Positions 29,748-42,249 of a stretch of 64,000 bases of DNA are shown here, piece after piece. Position numbers and translations under genes: made by a program. The stretch is taken from the NCBI GenBank assembly GCA_965237955.1, contig OZ250169.1:2496001-2560000 (forward strand), written 5' to 3'. Position 1 is the stretch's first letter. Every line of letters starts with the position of its first letter. The notes beneath the pieces were generated by a model, which was not told the DNA's origin, made no database searches, and was given only the letters and a program-made list of their open reading frames with translations. This DNA is from Candidatus Marinacidobacterales bacterium (GTDB taxonomy: Bacteria; Acidobacteriota; Vicinamibacteria; Marinacidobacterales; SMYC01).

Positions 29748-30699
29748 ATGGCACACTCAGCACCCGGCAAACACTACCGAGAAGGGCTTTCCTTCATCGA
29801 AGTAGCGGACATGTTTCCTGACAATCTCACCGCCGAACGATGGTTCGTGCAGGCGAGATGGCCGAATGGCGTATGCTGCCCGGCTTGCGGCTCGCTGAAT
29901 GTCCAGGCTCGACCGAAACGTAAACCGCAGCCCTTCCGCTGCCGTGAGAGGGACTGCCTCAACGACTTCTCGGTCAAGACCGGTACTCCGATGCAGAGCT
30001 CGAACCTTGGGCTGCGCAAGTGGGCGATCGCGTTCTACCTGCTGAGCACCGGAATCAAGGGCGTGTCTTCTATGAAGCTGCACCGCGATCTCAAAGTCAC
30101 ACAGAAGACGGCCTGGTTCATGCTGCACCGCATTCGCGAGACGTGGGACAAAGGTAGCTCGATGTTCGGCGGGCCGGTCGAAATCGACGAGACGTTTCGT
30201 CGGCGGCAAGGCCAAAAACATGCACACGCACAAGCGCAAGCAAGTCATAAAGGGACGCGGCTCCATCGGCAAGACGGCCGTCATCGGCGCGAAGGACCGC
30301 CGGACGAATCGCGTGAGCGCCGCTGTCGTCAAGAACGTAGACCAGCCTACACTCCATGGCTTCGTAGCCGAGAACGGCGAGCCTGGAGCGAAGGTGTATA
30401 CCGACGACCACGGAGGCTACGAGGGCCTACCTAACCACGAGACCGTCCGACACTCGGTGAAGGAGTACGTCAACGGCCAGGCCCACACGAACGGTATTGA
30501 GAGCTTTTGGGCCATGCTCAAGCGTGGATACTACGGCACGTACCACCGGATGAGCCCGAAGCACCTCCACCGCTACGTGGACGAATTCGCCGGCCGTCAC
30601 AATGTCCGCACGTCGGACACCATCGACCAGATGGCCGCCATGGTTCGCGGCATGGACGGCAAACGCCTTCGCTACAAGGACTTGGTGTCAAAGTTCTAG
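29748..30699 (+). pseudogene. IS1595 transposase, frameshifted at ~30195
   Basis: RWPNG.CPACG zinc ribbon, TQKTAWFMLHRIR, VEIDETF|VGG, YTDD, HTNGIESFW; one extra T. Confidence 0.88.
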
Positions 30700-31061
30700 T
30701 TGAGACCCAAGTTCTTAAGCGCGGATGCTAACTGCTCGGTGGTCTCTTTGCGCATCCTCTCATGTATAGCGAGCCTTTTCCGAGCGATATCAAGCTGCGT
30801 TGCTGCCGCCATGCCGATCTTGCGTGCAACCAACTCTCTCATTGCGCCGGTTGCTGAGTAGGGCGATACTCTCTTCGGTCTGGATTCAGTTTCAGGTGCG
30901 TCCTTTCTGAATTCCGCACGAATCTCAGCCTTGATCTTTCTCCCTTTCTGCTCAAGGCGCGCATCAATTTGTGCAAGACTATCCTCGAGTAAATCGCTGA
31001 TTTGCTCCAAGATGGCGTGAAGTTCTTTGCGCGAAACGGGTTTTGTGTTATCGTCGTGCAT
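30696..31061 (-). CDS. Hypothetical helical passenger protein
   Basis: 121-aa ORF with AGGA RBS inside the IS1595. Confidence 0.6.
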   Translation of the reverse strand: MHDDNTKPVSRKELHAILEQISDLLEDSLAQIDARLEQKGRKIKAEIRAEFRKDAPETESRPKRVSPYSATGAMRELVARKIGMAAATQLDIARKRLAIHERMRKETTEQLASALKNLGLN

Positions 31062-31118
31062 AGCAGACGGTCCTTTCCTCTGTCGCCGATTGCTACTCGG
31101 CTCAGAATTTTAGTTGTT

Positions 31119-31148
31119 GAAGCCCCGGGGTTAAATCCTCGGGGCTTC
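31119..31148. other. Stem-loop in IS1595 cargo
   Basis: GAAGCCCCGGGG / CCTCGGGGCTTC inverted repeat. Confidence 0.55.
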
Positions 31149-31340
31149 GTGTTTTAACGGCTCTATTGTACTGCTTTTCCGTCACTGCGAGAAATCTGCC
31201 GACACTCTAGAATTGTATGGGACTCGCGCGCGCCTGTCGCGTTATTCTGAGCCCTACCAAGTGCCGGTCGTCCCGCTACAAACCTCTTTCGTCGTCGGGT
31301 CGCCCACCCCCTAGCTTCTCAAGAAAAGGAACTGTTCGCA

Positions 31341-31712
31341 ATGAAAAGAAGTATAGCATTCGCCCTGTTATTCCTGAGTCTGGCCAGCGTAGTGTCGCTC
31401 ACAGCCCAGACAAACGAGAAAAGGATAGAACGCTTCAAAAAAATCTGGCAAGATTCCAAAGAACGTCAAAAGAGTATTAACGCGCTTTGTGCTGACGAAT
31501 GGGCAACGGACTTTGAGATGCAGAAGTATTGCCGTGACCAGCAGAAGGAAGGCTACGACGACTTGTCAGATATTTGGACCGAGGCGATGGAACACATCGG
31601 GGTAGCGGTTACTCAGTGTATCCTGGACTGGTCGGATGACTTGATGTTCGATTGGGCGATGATTCATTACTGCACGGACAATCAACTAACAGCCTGGAAA
31701 GAGTTGCAGTGA
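31341..31712 (+). CDS. Secreted passenger protein with duplicated Cys motif
   Basis: Signal peptide; two C..(E/D)W..D..M..YC...Q repeats. Confidence 0.7.
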   Translation: MKRSIAFALLFLSLASVVSLTAQTNEKRIERFKKIWQDSKERQKSINALCADEWATDFEMQKYCRDQQKEGYDDLSDIWTEAMEHIGVAVTQCILDWSDDLMFDWAMIHYCTDNQLTAWKELQ

Positions 31713-31741
31713 AGGCTTTGTGAGGACGGAGAGTGGGAATC

Positions 31742-31933
31742 ATGAAGGAAAAGAAACCGAAGGTGAAGCGCGGTCGTGGCCGTCCGCGCGTCTACGTCAT
31801 GCCAGAGCCGATCCACGACACGCCAGAGAATATCGCCCGGATCTTCATGAACAGCCCGGTTGTGCCGAAAGGCGGGTGGCGGTTCCTCAAGGACGTGAAG
31901 TCGAAGGGGGTCCAGCTAAGCTTCATGCTATGA
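31742..31933 (+). CDS. Small IS1595-associated protein (RGRPR..MPEPIHDTPENIAR)
   Basis: AT-hook-like RGRP; resembles short ORFs I recall in IS1595 elements. Confidence 0.6.
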   Translation: MKEKKPKVKRGRGRPRVYVMPEPIHDTPENIARIFMNSPVVPKGGWRFLKDVKSKGVQLSFML

Positions 31934-31940
31934 TTCGACC

Positions 31941-32282
31941 ATGGGCAAAAAACACGGTCACAAACTTATACCGATAGAAAATAACGATCCGCAGCTCAAA
32001 CTATTCGGTGAGTTTCTGCTTCTTCTTTCTTCGGTCCTGAAGAGCCTTAGCCCTCGCGCTGATAATCCTGAACCCTTTGCCGTCAGAACTGTATGCGATG
32101 AAATTGACGTGGCCCCTGGGACACGTGATGTTCGGATTTCGCTTGAGATCGGGGATCGTTTCGACGAAGTGATGGAAGCACTCGGTACAGCGAAACCGCA
32201 CATTCAGAGAATCATCGAGTTGGTCGGACATGAAAAACCCCAGAACATAGAGGCCCTTGAATCTGCAAATGCGCGCGCGTAG
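31941..32282 (+). CDS. Hypothetical passenger protein
   Basis: 113-aa ORF directly after the previous gene and followed by a terminator. Confidence 0.5.
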   Translation: MGKKHGHKLIPIENNDPQLKLFGEFLLLLSSVLKSLSPRADNPEPFAVRTVCDEIDVAPGTRDVRISLEIGDRFDEVMEALGTAKPHIQRIIELVGHEKPQNIEALESANARA

Positions 32283-32337
32283 AATCTCAGCGCGATCGCG
32301 TTCCTGCCTGGCTCTCAATAAGTTGGCAGGGTAGTTC

Positions 32338-32363
32338 AAGCCGGGCACCCACGCCCGGCTTTT
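32338..32363 (+). terminator. Rho-independent terminator
   Basis: AAGCCGGGC-loop-GCCCGGCTTTT. Confidence 0.7.
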
Positions 32364-33386
32364 CTACGTCAAAGGGAGCATATCACGGCTGTGGGGTAAG
32401 ATCGTATATAATTCCCATTGCAAGGCGGCGTCCTCCGCCCATTGCGACACTTTGTCGTGCTCCAAGTATCGCTGCCACGATTTCGAGGCGGCCGCGTGCA
32501 TGCCCAGGGCTTCGTAAAACTTGCCGTAGTTGTAGAGAACGCGCAGATCGGTCGGGCCGAGACGTTCTGCCTCACGCAGAAAAGCCAGGCCCTTTTGCTG
32601 CTGCGCATAGGAATCGTCGATGTTGCGCCGAGCTTTCTCGTAGTAGACGACGGCGAGTCCGTTGAGCGCGTCCACCGAGTCGGGACGCTCTTCGGTGACG
32701 CGCGTCAGAAGACGTTTCGCCTCGTCGAGCTCGCCTTCGTCCAATAGCAGCAGTCCGAGAACGAGAACCGCTTCGGGCTCGGGCGCGCGCTCGACCGTCG
32801 TGCGCAAATTGAAGATCAGGGCTTCCTCGGCGGCGTCGGTGGTGTCGAAACCACTCCGGACGATTCCGGCGCGCTCGAACTCGGTGATGTAGCGCAGCGG
32901 AAGGCGCCCGGTGGCCTGGCGCAGGGTCACGAGAGCGCTCAACGTTTCCGTGGCCGCACGTCGGCTCGCGGCAGGAAGCCAGTACTGGTTGCGGATGAAC
33001 AGGCCCAGGGCGGCGAGCAGGGCTCCGACGACGAACGTCACCAGGATCGGCTTCCAGTCCTTGCGCGGCGCCCGAGGGCCGATGTGCGGGCGGATCGCAT
33101 CGAGGAGCTCCGAGCTCGTCGGCTCGGGGATGCCGGCCAGCACCCCTTGCTCCTCCCGTGACGCAGGTCGCTCGGCGCGAAGCACCATCGCGAGAGTCTC
33201 TACGCACTCGGCGCATGCGTCGAGGTGCGTTTCGGCCGCGCGCAGCTTTCGCCGAGAGAGCCGCTTCTCGACGAGCTCGTAGATCTCGTCGGGAGCGAGG
33301 TGGTCTCCTGGTGCGGCCCGTGACAGAGAAGCGGCTTCCGCGGCGTCGTTTTCTAGATCTCGGGGTCGATGTGTGGGGGCTGACAT
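32364..33386 (-). CDS. zf-HC2 anti-sigma factor with TM helix and TPR; C-terminus altered by IS1595
   Basis: HLDACAEC, hydrophobic TM segment, TPR-like ALNGLAVVYY and LYNYGK; adjacent to an ECF sigma. Confidence 0.8.
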   Translation of the reverse strand: MSAPTHRPRDLENDAAEAASLSRAAPGDHLAPDEIYELVEKRLSRRKLRAAETHLDACAECVETLAMVLRAERPASREEQGVLAGIPEPTSSELLDAIRPHIGPRAPRKDWKPILVTFVVGALLAALGLFIRNQYWLPAASRRAATETLSALVTLRQATGRLPLRYITEFERAGIVRSGFDTTDAAEEALIFNLRTTVERAPEPEAVLVLGLLLLDEGELDEAKRLLTRVTEERPDSVDALNGLAVVYYEKARRNIDDSYAQQQKGLAFLREAERLGPTDLRVLYNYGKFYEALGMHAAASKSWQRYLEHDKVSQWAEDAALQWELYTILPHSRDMLPLT

Positions 33387-33429
33387 GGATTTATTCCTCT
33401 ACCAATATAAAGACGACTTTTAGCCGCCT

Positions 33430-34113
33430 TTACCTCCCTCCCGTCGAAGAAAATCTTGATTTCAGCGCTTTTCGGATGCGCCGGATACACTTCTCGACCC
33501 CGCTCGCGGAGAGCCGAATCGACCGATTCGCCGCGATCTCGTCCACCGTCAGCCCTTCGATGAAAAAGAGCTGGAAAACGAGGCGATCGCGAGCGCTCGT
33601 CGTGCCCCGGGGCGATAGCTCATCGACGACGGCGCGAATCTCGTCGCGGAGCTCAGACGACGCTACGAAGCGCTCGGGCCCAATGCCGCCACTGATGAGC
33701 GATTCGGCGTACGTGGGTCCGTCCTCTCTAACGACATTGGAAAGCGACGCGGTAGCCTTGGGCGTCTTGTGAGCGCGAAGCGTCTTGAAGTGATCGCGCA
33801 CCAGGTTCACAGCGATCGCACTCATGTACGTGTACGCGGATTGCTCGGTCCGTCCCTGGAAGCGGGACAACGCCCGCCGCTCGCCGTCGAGAAGCCGCAC
33901 GAAAACCTCCTGGGTCAGATCGTCGACGACCTCCTGCGGCGCGCCGGCATCGAGACCCGGACTCCGCTCGGCTTCCGTCTGAAAGCACCGGAGCACCGAA
34001 AGCCGCACCCGCGGGCGAAACCGGGACAGGAACTCCTTCCACAGCGGATCGTCGGGCGCCGCCTGCGCAAGGGTTTGGATCAGATCCCGGTTGGGAAGCC
34101 GCTTTAGGTCCAT
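33430..34113 (-). CDS. ECF RNA polymerase sigma factor
   Basis: DDLTQEVFVRLL, IAVNLVRDHFK, RDRLVFQLFFIEGLTVDEIA; ATG start inferred. Confidence 0.88.
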   Translation of the reverse strand: MDLKRLPNRDLIQTLAQAAPDDPLWKEFLSRFRPRVRLSVLRCFQTEAERSPGLDAGAPQEVVDDLTQEVFVRLLDGERRALSRFQGRTEQSAYTYMSAIAVNLVRDHFKTLRAHKTPKATASLSNVVREDGPTYAESLISGGIGPERFVASSELRDEIRAVVDELSPRGTTSARDRLVFQLFFIEGLTVDEIAANRSIRLSASGVEKCIRRIRKALKSRFSSTGGR

Positions 34114-34442
34114 ACTGGCTCTGGAATCGCTCCTTCGGGTGGTTCGGGTGTCCGGGGTGGGGACCGGCAGGCTCCGGACATCATAATGCCTCCGGCCCAA
34201 GGTTGAAAGCGTAACTGACTCAGCTCCGTTCTGCCGACCATCCACCGTGCCCGTGTGCGGTGCCCGTGCCCGAAAACCAAATGAGCTCATGAAGCCATAC
34301 GATCACGACGAGCTCGATTGTCGGGATGTTGTGGGTCCGAGACGTATCGGGCACGGGCACGAGGGAAGGGCAAGGGCAGGGGCAGGGGCAGGGGAGCGCA
34401 GGAAAGGGCGATGGTTCGGATCAAGGTATACTAGCTCCCGCA

Positions 34443-34994
34443 ATGGCTGGCTCGAATGCCCACCCTCGAATCCGTTCGACGACGGTGCTTGCCGTTGCTC
34501 GCGACGGCCATACCGTGGTCGCGGCCGATGGTCAGGTGACCCTTGGCGACACGGTGATGAAGAACGGGGCCAAGAAGCTCCGGCGGCTGGCCGATGGGAA
34601 CGTGGTCGCCGGGTTCGCGGGTACCACCGCGGATGCGCAAGCGCTGTTCACGAGGTTCGAGGCCAAGCTTCAGGAGTTTCAAGGCAACTTGGAGCGCGCC
34701 GCGGTCGAGCTCGCCAAAGACTGGCGCACCGACCGGGCGCTCAGGCGCTTGGACGCCCTGCTCGTGGTCGCGAATAAGGAGCATATCCTGCTGCTGTCGG
34801 GAAACGGCGATCTCATCGAGCCCGATGACGGTGTGCTCGCGGTCGGCTCCGGCGGTCCGTACGCGCTCGCCGCCGCGCGTTCTCTGATGGCGCATACTTC
34901 CTTGGGGGCTGCCGAAGTGGCCACAGAAGCGATGCGCGTCGCCGCGGGCATTTGTATCTACACGAACGATAACATTCTCTTGGAGGAGCTCTAG
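34443..34994 (+). CDS. hslV: ATP-dependent protease subunit HslV
   Basis: [32 protein letters not shown]. Confidence 0.96.
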   Translation: MAGSNAHPRIRSTTVLAVARDGHTVVAADGQVTLGDTVMKNGAKKLRRLADGNVVAGFAGTTADAQALFTRFEAKLQEFQGNLERAAVELAKDWRTDRALRRLDALLVVANKEHILLLSGNGDLIEPDDGVLAVGSGGPYALAAARSLMAHTSLGAAEVATEAMRVAAGICIYTNDNILLEEL

Positions 34995-35021
34995 AGCGCG
35001 GCTCGGAGCTTACGACGACAT

Positions 35022-36437
<1,416 letters not shown>

Positions 36438-37818
36438 CGCCGTCGTCGGTGTCCTCAGTGTATCGGCGGGTTGCGGCAAGCGCGGCGCTCCCCTTCCTCC
36501 CTTGAGACCGTTCCCCGCGGCAGCCGAGGGGCTCACCATCCGCCAAATCGGTAACCGCATCGAGCTCGAATGGCGCGCGCCGACTTCAAACACCGACGGA
36601 ACGATCGAAAAGCTCGAGCTCGCGGAAGTCGAAGTGCGTCGCCGCATCATCGACATCGCGGCGCTCGTCGAAGCGCAGACGGAGACGATCGAGCCGCCAG
36701 AATTGGAAGAAGACCCGGAAACGCCCGACGCGACGGGAGCGGACGCGCCGGAGACTGAACCCGACGAAGTAGAGCTCCCACAGGAAGAGCCCGCTCCCGA
36801 ATCGCCCGAACTACCTTCGTCGCCTTTGTTGGGCGAACGCGAAGAAGAACCCGAAGAAGAAGAGCCCCAAGCTCCTCCCACACCGGTGCTCGAGATTCCC
36901 AACTTCGCGCCCGAGTCACGCTACGTGGCCACGCTCGAGTCGACGGAACCCGGCGAGACGACGACGTTCGAAGAAGACGTCGATCCAACCTGGGTCGGAA
37001 AGCGTCTCGAATACGCCGTCGTGTATACCAATCGAGGCAACCGCCGCGGGCAGCGCACGACCGCGGTCCAGATCGAACCGATGGCGACTCTGCTCGTGCC
37101 GGCCCGACCCACCACGGAGACCGGCGACGGCTTCGTCATGGTCCGTTGGGATCGTCCCGAGCCCGACGGCTACTTCTCGATTTTCCGCCGCAGGGAATCC
37201 GCACTGGACTTTCCGGATCGCCCGCTCAACGCGGCGCCGATTGCGGAGGCCGAGTTTCAAGATCGGTCGGTGACGTTCGAGGTTTCGTCGTGCTACATCG
37301 TCCGGACAGTGCCGCCTCCGCCGCTCGACTCAAACTCAGAAGCCGAGTCGTCTTCCGAGCCCGAGCCCGAGCCCGAGCCCGAGGATGCCCCGCAGGTCAT
37401 CGTACCGCTCGTGCCCCCTCTCAAGAACACGGCGCGCATCGAATCCGTGGCGTCCCCCGAAGTTTGCTTGGTTCCGACCGATACGTTCGCACCACCGCCA
37501 CCCACGGGTCTGGTCGCGGTTCGCTCGGGAGAAGACGTGCTGCTCACGTGGACCGAAGTGGAGCGGACCGACGTCACCGGCTATCGCGTCTATCGCGCCG
37601 AGTCGGAGGGCGGTCCTTTCGTCCTGCTCACTGAGGACGTCCTGCGCGTACCGAGCTATTCTGATGATACGGTGGCGTCGGGCCAGGCGTACTACTACGC
37701 GGTCACGGCCGTCGACGACGCCCCGGCTGCGAACGAATCCGAGCGGAGCGAGCTGTCCGAAGTGACGTTCACGCGCTGATTTGGATATATAGTTACTAAT
37801 CCTCCGGAGGAAACGAAG

Positions 37819-38478
37819 ATGAAGTTTTTCTTGGATACCGCCAATGTGGACGAAATTCGCGAAGTGGCCGCCCTTGGCCTCGTGGACGGCATCACCACGA
37901 ACCCCAGCCTTCTCGCCAAAGAGCCCGCTCCCGACCGCGAGATCCTGGAGCAGATCTGCGAACTCGTCTCGGGCCCGGTGTCCGCCGAGGTCGTCTCGAC
38001 GGACTCCGAAGGCATGGTCCGAGAGGGCAGAGATCTCGCGAAGATTGCCCCGAACATCGTCGTCAAATGCCCGCTCATCGCCGAGGGCCTGAAAGCTGTG
38101 CGGATTCTCAAGGAAGACGGCATTCGCTCGAACGTCACGCTGTGCTTTTCGGTGCCGCAGGCGCTCTTCGCCGCGAAGGCGGGCGCTTACATCGTCAGCC
38201 CCTTCGTCGGGCGTCTCGACGATATCGGCGCGGACGGCATGAGCCTGATCCGGGACATCCGTCAGGTTTACCGCAACTACGACTTCGCGACCGAGGTGCT
38301 CGTGGCCAGCATCCGGAACCCGCTCCATGTCATCGAAGCGGCGCGCATCGGTGCGGACATCGCCACCCTCCCCGCAAAGGTGTACAAATCGCTTTTGAAA
38401 CACCCGCTCACCGACATCGGTCTCGAGCGCTTTCTCGAGGACTATCGGAAGGCGCAGAAGATGGGCGCCACCGTCTGA
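37819..38478 (+). CDS. Transaldolase / fructose-6-phosphate aldolase (short type)
   Basis: [36 protein letters not shown]. Confidence 0.95.
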   Translation: MKFFLDTANVDEIREVAALGLVDGITTNPSLLAKEPAPDREILEQICELVSGPVSAEVVSTDSEGMVREGRDLAKIAPNIVVKCPLIAEGLKAVRILKEDGIRSNVTLCFSVPQALFAAKAGAYIVSPFVGRLDDIGADGMSLIRDIRQVYRNYDFATEVLVASIRNPLHVIEAARIGADIATLPAKVYKSLLKHPLTDIGLERFLEDYRKAQKMGATV

Positions 38479-38499
38479 GCCTCCGTTGACGTTGTGAGC

Positions 38500-40050
38500 A
38501 TGTCGAAGGGCGATCCCTTTTCGAAGCTCGAGGAACGAAACCGCCGCGCCGCCGAAGCCGGCGGGAAAGCCCGCATCGACCGCCAGCACGCTGGCGGCAA
38601 GATGACAGCGCACGAGCGCGTGGATGCGCTCCTCGACAACGACAGTTTCCAAGAGCTCGGACGTTTCGTCACCCACCGCTCACACGACTTCGGGATGGAG
38701 GAGACCAAGGTCCCGGGCGATGGGGTCGTGACTGGCTACGGCCGTGTCGATGGACGGCTCGTTTACGTCTTCTCGCAAGACTTCAGCGTTTTCGGCGGCT
38801 CTTTGTCCGGGGCGTACGCGGAGAAAGTCGTCAAAGTGATGGACCTCGCGATGCGCCAAGGAGCGCCGATAATAGGCCTCAACGATTCCGGGGGGGCGCG
38901 CATTCAAGAAGGCGTGGTCTCCCTGGCGGGCTATGCGGACATTTTTCTCAGGAACACGTTGGCATCGGGCGTGGTGCCTCAGGTCTCCGCGATCATGGGA
39001 CCGTGCGCGGGCGGTGCGGTGTACTCGCCGGCGATTACGGATTTCACGTTCATGGTGAGCGACACCAGCTACATGTTCGTGACCGGGCCCGATGTCATCA
39101 AAACGGTGACGCACGAGCAAGTGTCGATGGAAGAGCTGGGGGGGGCGTCGACCCACAACGAAGTCTCGGGAAACGCTCACTTTCTCGCCGAGGACGACCG
39201 CCAATGCCTCGGCAACATTCGTGAGCTCTTGTCGTATCTGCCGAGCAATAACCTCGAGGAGCCGCCGGTGGTGGAGAGCGCCGATCCGTGGGATCGCGAG
39301 AACAAGGTGCTCGACAAGCTCATACCGAGCGAGCCGGACAAGCCTTACGACATGAAGGAGCTCATCCGCACCGTCGTCGACGACGGCGGGTTTTTCGAAG
39401 TGCACGAGCACTTCGCGCAGAACTTGCTCGTGGGTTTCGTGCGGCTCGACGGACGATCGGTCGGGATTGTCGCGAACCAGCCGGCGATGCTGGCCGGAGT
39501 TCTCGATATCAACGCGTCGGTCAAAGGTGCCCGGTTCGTTCGCTTTTGTGATGCGTTCGGAATTCCCATCGTCACCTTCGAGGACGTACCAGGGTTTTTG
39601 CCGGGTACCGAGCAGGAGTGGGGCGGCATTATCCGGCACGGGGCCAAGCTTTTGTTCTCGTTCGCGGAGGCGACCGTGCCCAAGGTCACGGTTATCACCC
39701 GCAAAGCCTACGGCGGCGCCTACTGCGTGATGGCGAGTAAGCACATCCGCACCGATATCAACTACGCGTACCCGACCGCGGAGATTGCGGTCATGGGACC
39801 CGAAGGCGCGGTGAATATCTTGTACAAGCGCGAGCTCGCGGACGCCAAGGATCCGGACGCGCTTCGAAACGAGAAGGTCGCCGAGTTCCGCGAGAAGCTC
39901 GCGAACCCCTACGTCGCCGCCGAGCGAGGCTACGTCGACGAGGTCATCGCGCCTCGCCACACGAGAGCGAAGCTCATTGCCGCCTTGCGTTCGCTGGAAA
40001 CTAAGCGAGACAAGAATCCTCCGAAGAAGCACGGGAATATTCCCTTGTGA
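38500..40050 (+). CDS. pccB: Acyl-CoA (propionyl/methylmalonyl-CoA) carboxyltransferase beta subunit
   Basis: [36 protein letters not shown]. Confidence 0.93.
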   Translation: MSKGDPFSKLEERNRRAAEAGGKARIDRQHAGGKMTAHERVDALLDNDSFQELGRFVTHRSHDFGMEETKVPGDGVVTGYGRVDGRLVYVFSQDFSVFGGSLSGAYAEKVVKVMDLAMRQGAPIIGLNDSGGARIQEGVVSLAGYADIFLRNTLASGVVPQVSAIMGPCAGGAVYSPAITDFTFMVSDTSYMFVTGPDVIKTVTHEQVSMEELGGASTHNEVSGNAHFLAEDDRQCLGNIRELLSYLPSNNLEEPPVVESADPWDRENKVLDKLIPSEPDKPYDMKELIRTVVDDGGFFEVHEHFAQNLLVGFVRLDGRSVGIVANQPAMLAGVLDINASVKGARFVRFCDAFGIPIVTFEDVPGFLPGTEQEWGGIIRHGAKLLFSFAEATVPKVTVITRKAYGGAYCVMASKHIRTDINYAYPTAEIAVMGPEGAVNILYKRELADAKDPDALRNEKVAEFREKLANPYVAAERGYVDEVIAPRHTRAKLIAALRSLETKRDKNPPKKHGNIPL

Positions 40051-40055
40051 AATCG

Positions 40056-40144
40056 GCTGCCAGTCGCCAGCTTCCAACTGCTATCAGCTCGGAAGACGGC
40101 CGGGCTGGAAGCAGCTGACAGCTGGCAGCTGGTGACTGGAAGCA
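40056..40144. repeat. Inverted heptamer-repeat element
   Basis: (GCTGCCA/GCTTCCA)n ... (GCTGGAA/GCTGACA/GCTGGCA)n. Confidence 0.6.
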
Positions 40145-40172
40145 GGACCCCCCGGCCCCTTCGAGACCGACC

Positions 40173-41684
<1,512 letters not shown>

Positions 41685-41703
41685 CGGGAGACCGTTTCTG
41701 ACA

Positions 41704-42231
41704 ATGCCTAGCAAGAAAAAGCTCCACACCCTGCCCGATGGGGAGGCGTTCTTGGTCCAAGTCGAGCGCGCCGACGAGGGCTATCGTGTCACGTGCGAGT
41801 CGCCTCGGTTGGAAGCGACGGTCGGGGGTGGCGAGCACGGGTTCTGGTCGATTGTGACCGGTAGGGGCTCGTATGAGACCCACATCACTCGCGAGAACGG
41901 CGAAATCCACGTGGAGGTTTCCGGCGAGCGCTTCGCATTTAGTATAGGCAGCATCGGCCGTCTCGGCGCCGATGCGGTCGGGGCCGATACGACGAAGCGG
42001 GCTTCGGCGCGTACGGAAGTCAAAGCCCCGATGCCCGGCAAAGTCGTGAAGCTTCTCGTTGGTGCCGGCGACACCGTCGACTCGGGGCAGGGAGTTCTCC
42101 TGTTCGAAGCGATGAAGATGCAGAACGAGATCAAAAGCCCTCAAGACGGCGTTGTCGGCGAGATGGCTGTCGATGAGGGCCAGGCGGTGGAGGCTCGCGA
42201 CCGGTTGTTCGTGATCCATAGCACGGATTAG
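41704..42231 (+). CDS. Biotin carboxyl carrier protein
   Basis: APMPGKV and EAMKMQNEI biotinylation motif. Confidence 0.92.
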   Translation: MPSKKKLHTLPDGEAFLVQVERADEGYRVTCESPRLEATVGGGEHGFWSIVTGRGSYETHITRENGEIHVEVSGERFAFSIGSIGRLGADAVGADTTKRASARTEVKAPMPGKVVKLLVGAGDTVDSGQGVLLFEAMKMQNEIKSPQDGVVGEMAVDEGQAVEARDRLFVIHSTD

Positions 42232-42249
42232 GTTGATCAGACTAAAACC

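Larger units (their letters stand above)
29674..32416 (+). mobile_element. IS1595-family element with passenger genes (2743 bp)
   Basis: IRs GGGAATTATATAC.. / ..GTATATAATTCCC; 8-bp direct repeat ATTGCAAG at 29666-29673 and 32417-32424. Confidence 0.92.

Noticed and set aside
30194-30196. Programmed frameshift in the IS1595 transposase
   Set aside because: No slippery heptamer; a single extra T in the DET(F)VGG motif looks like a mutation or sequencing error.
34326-34442. GQ-repeat N-terminal extension of HslV
   Set aside because: It derives from an intergenic repeat; a -10 box and the ATG at 34443 fit the normal short propeptide.
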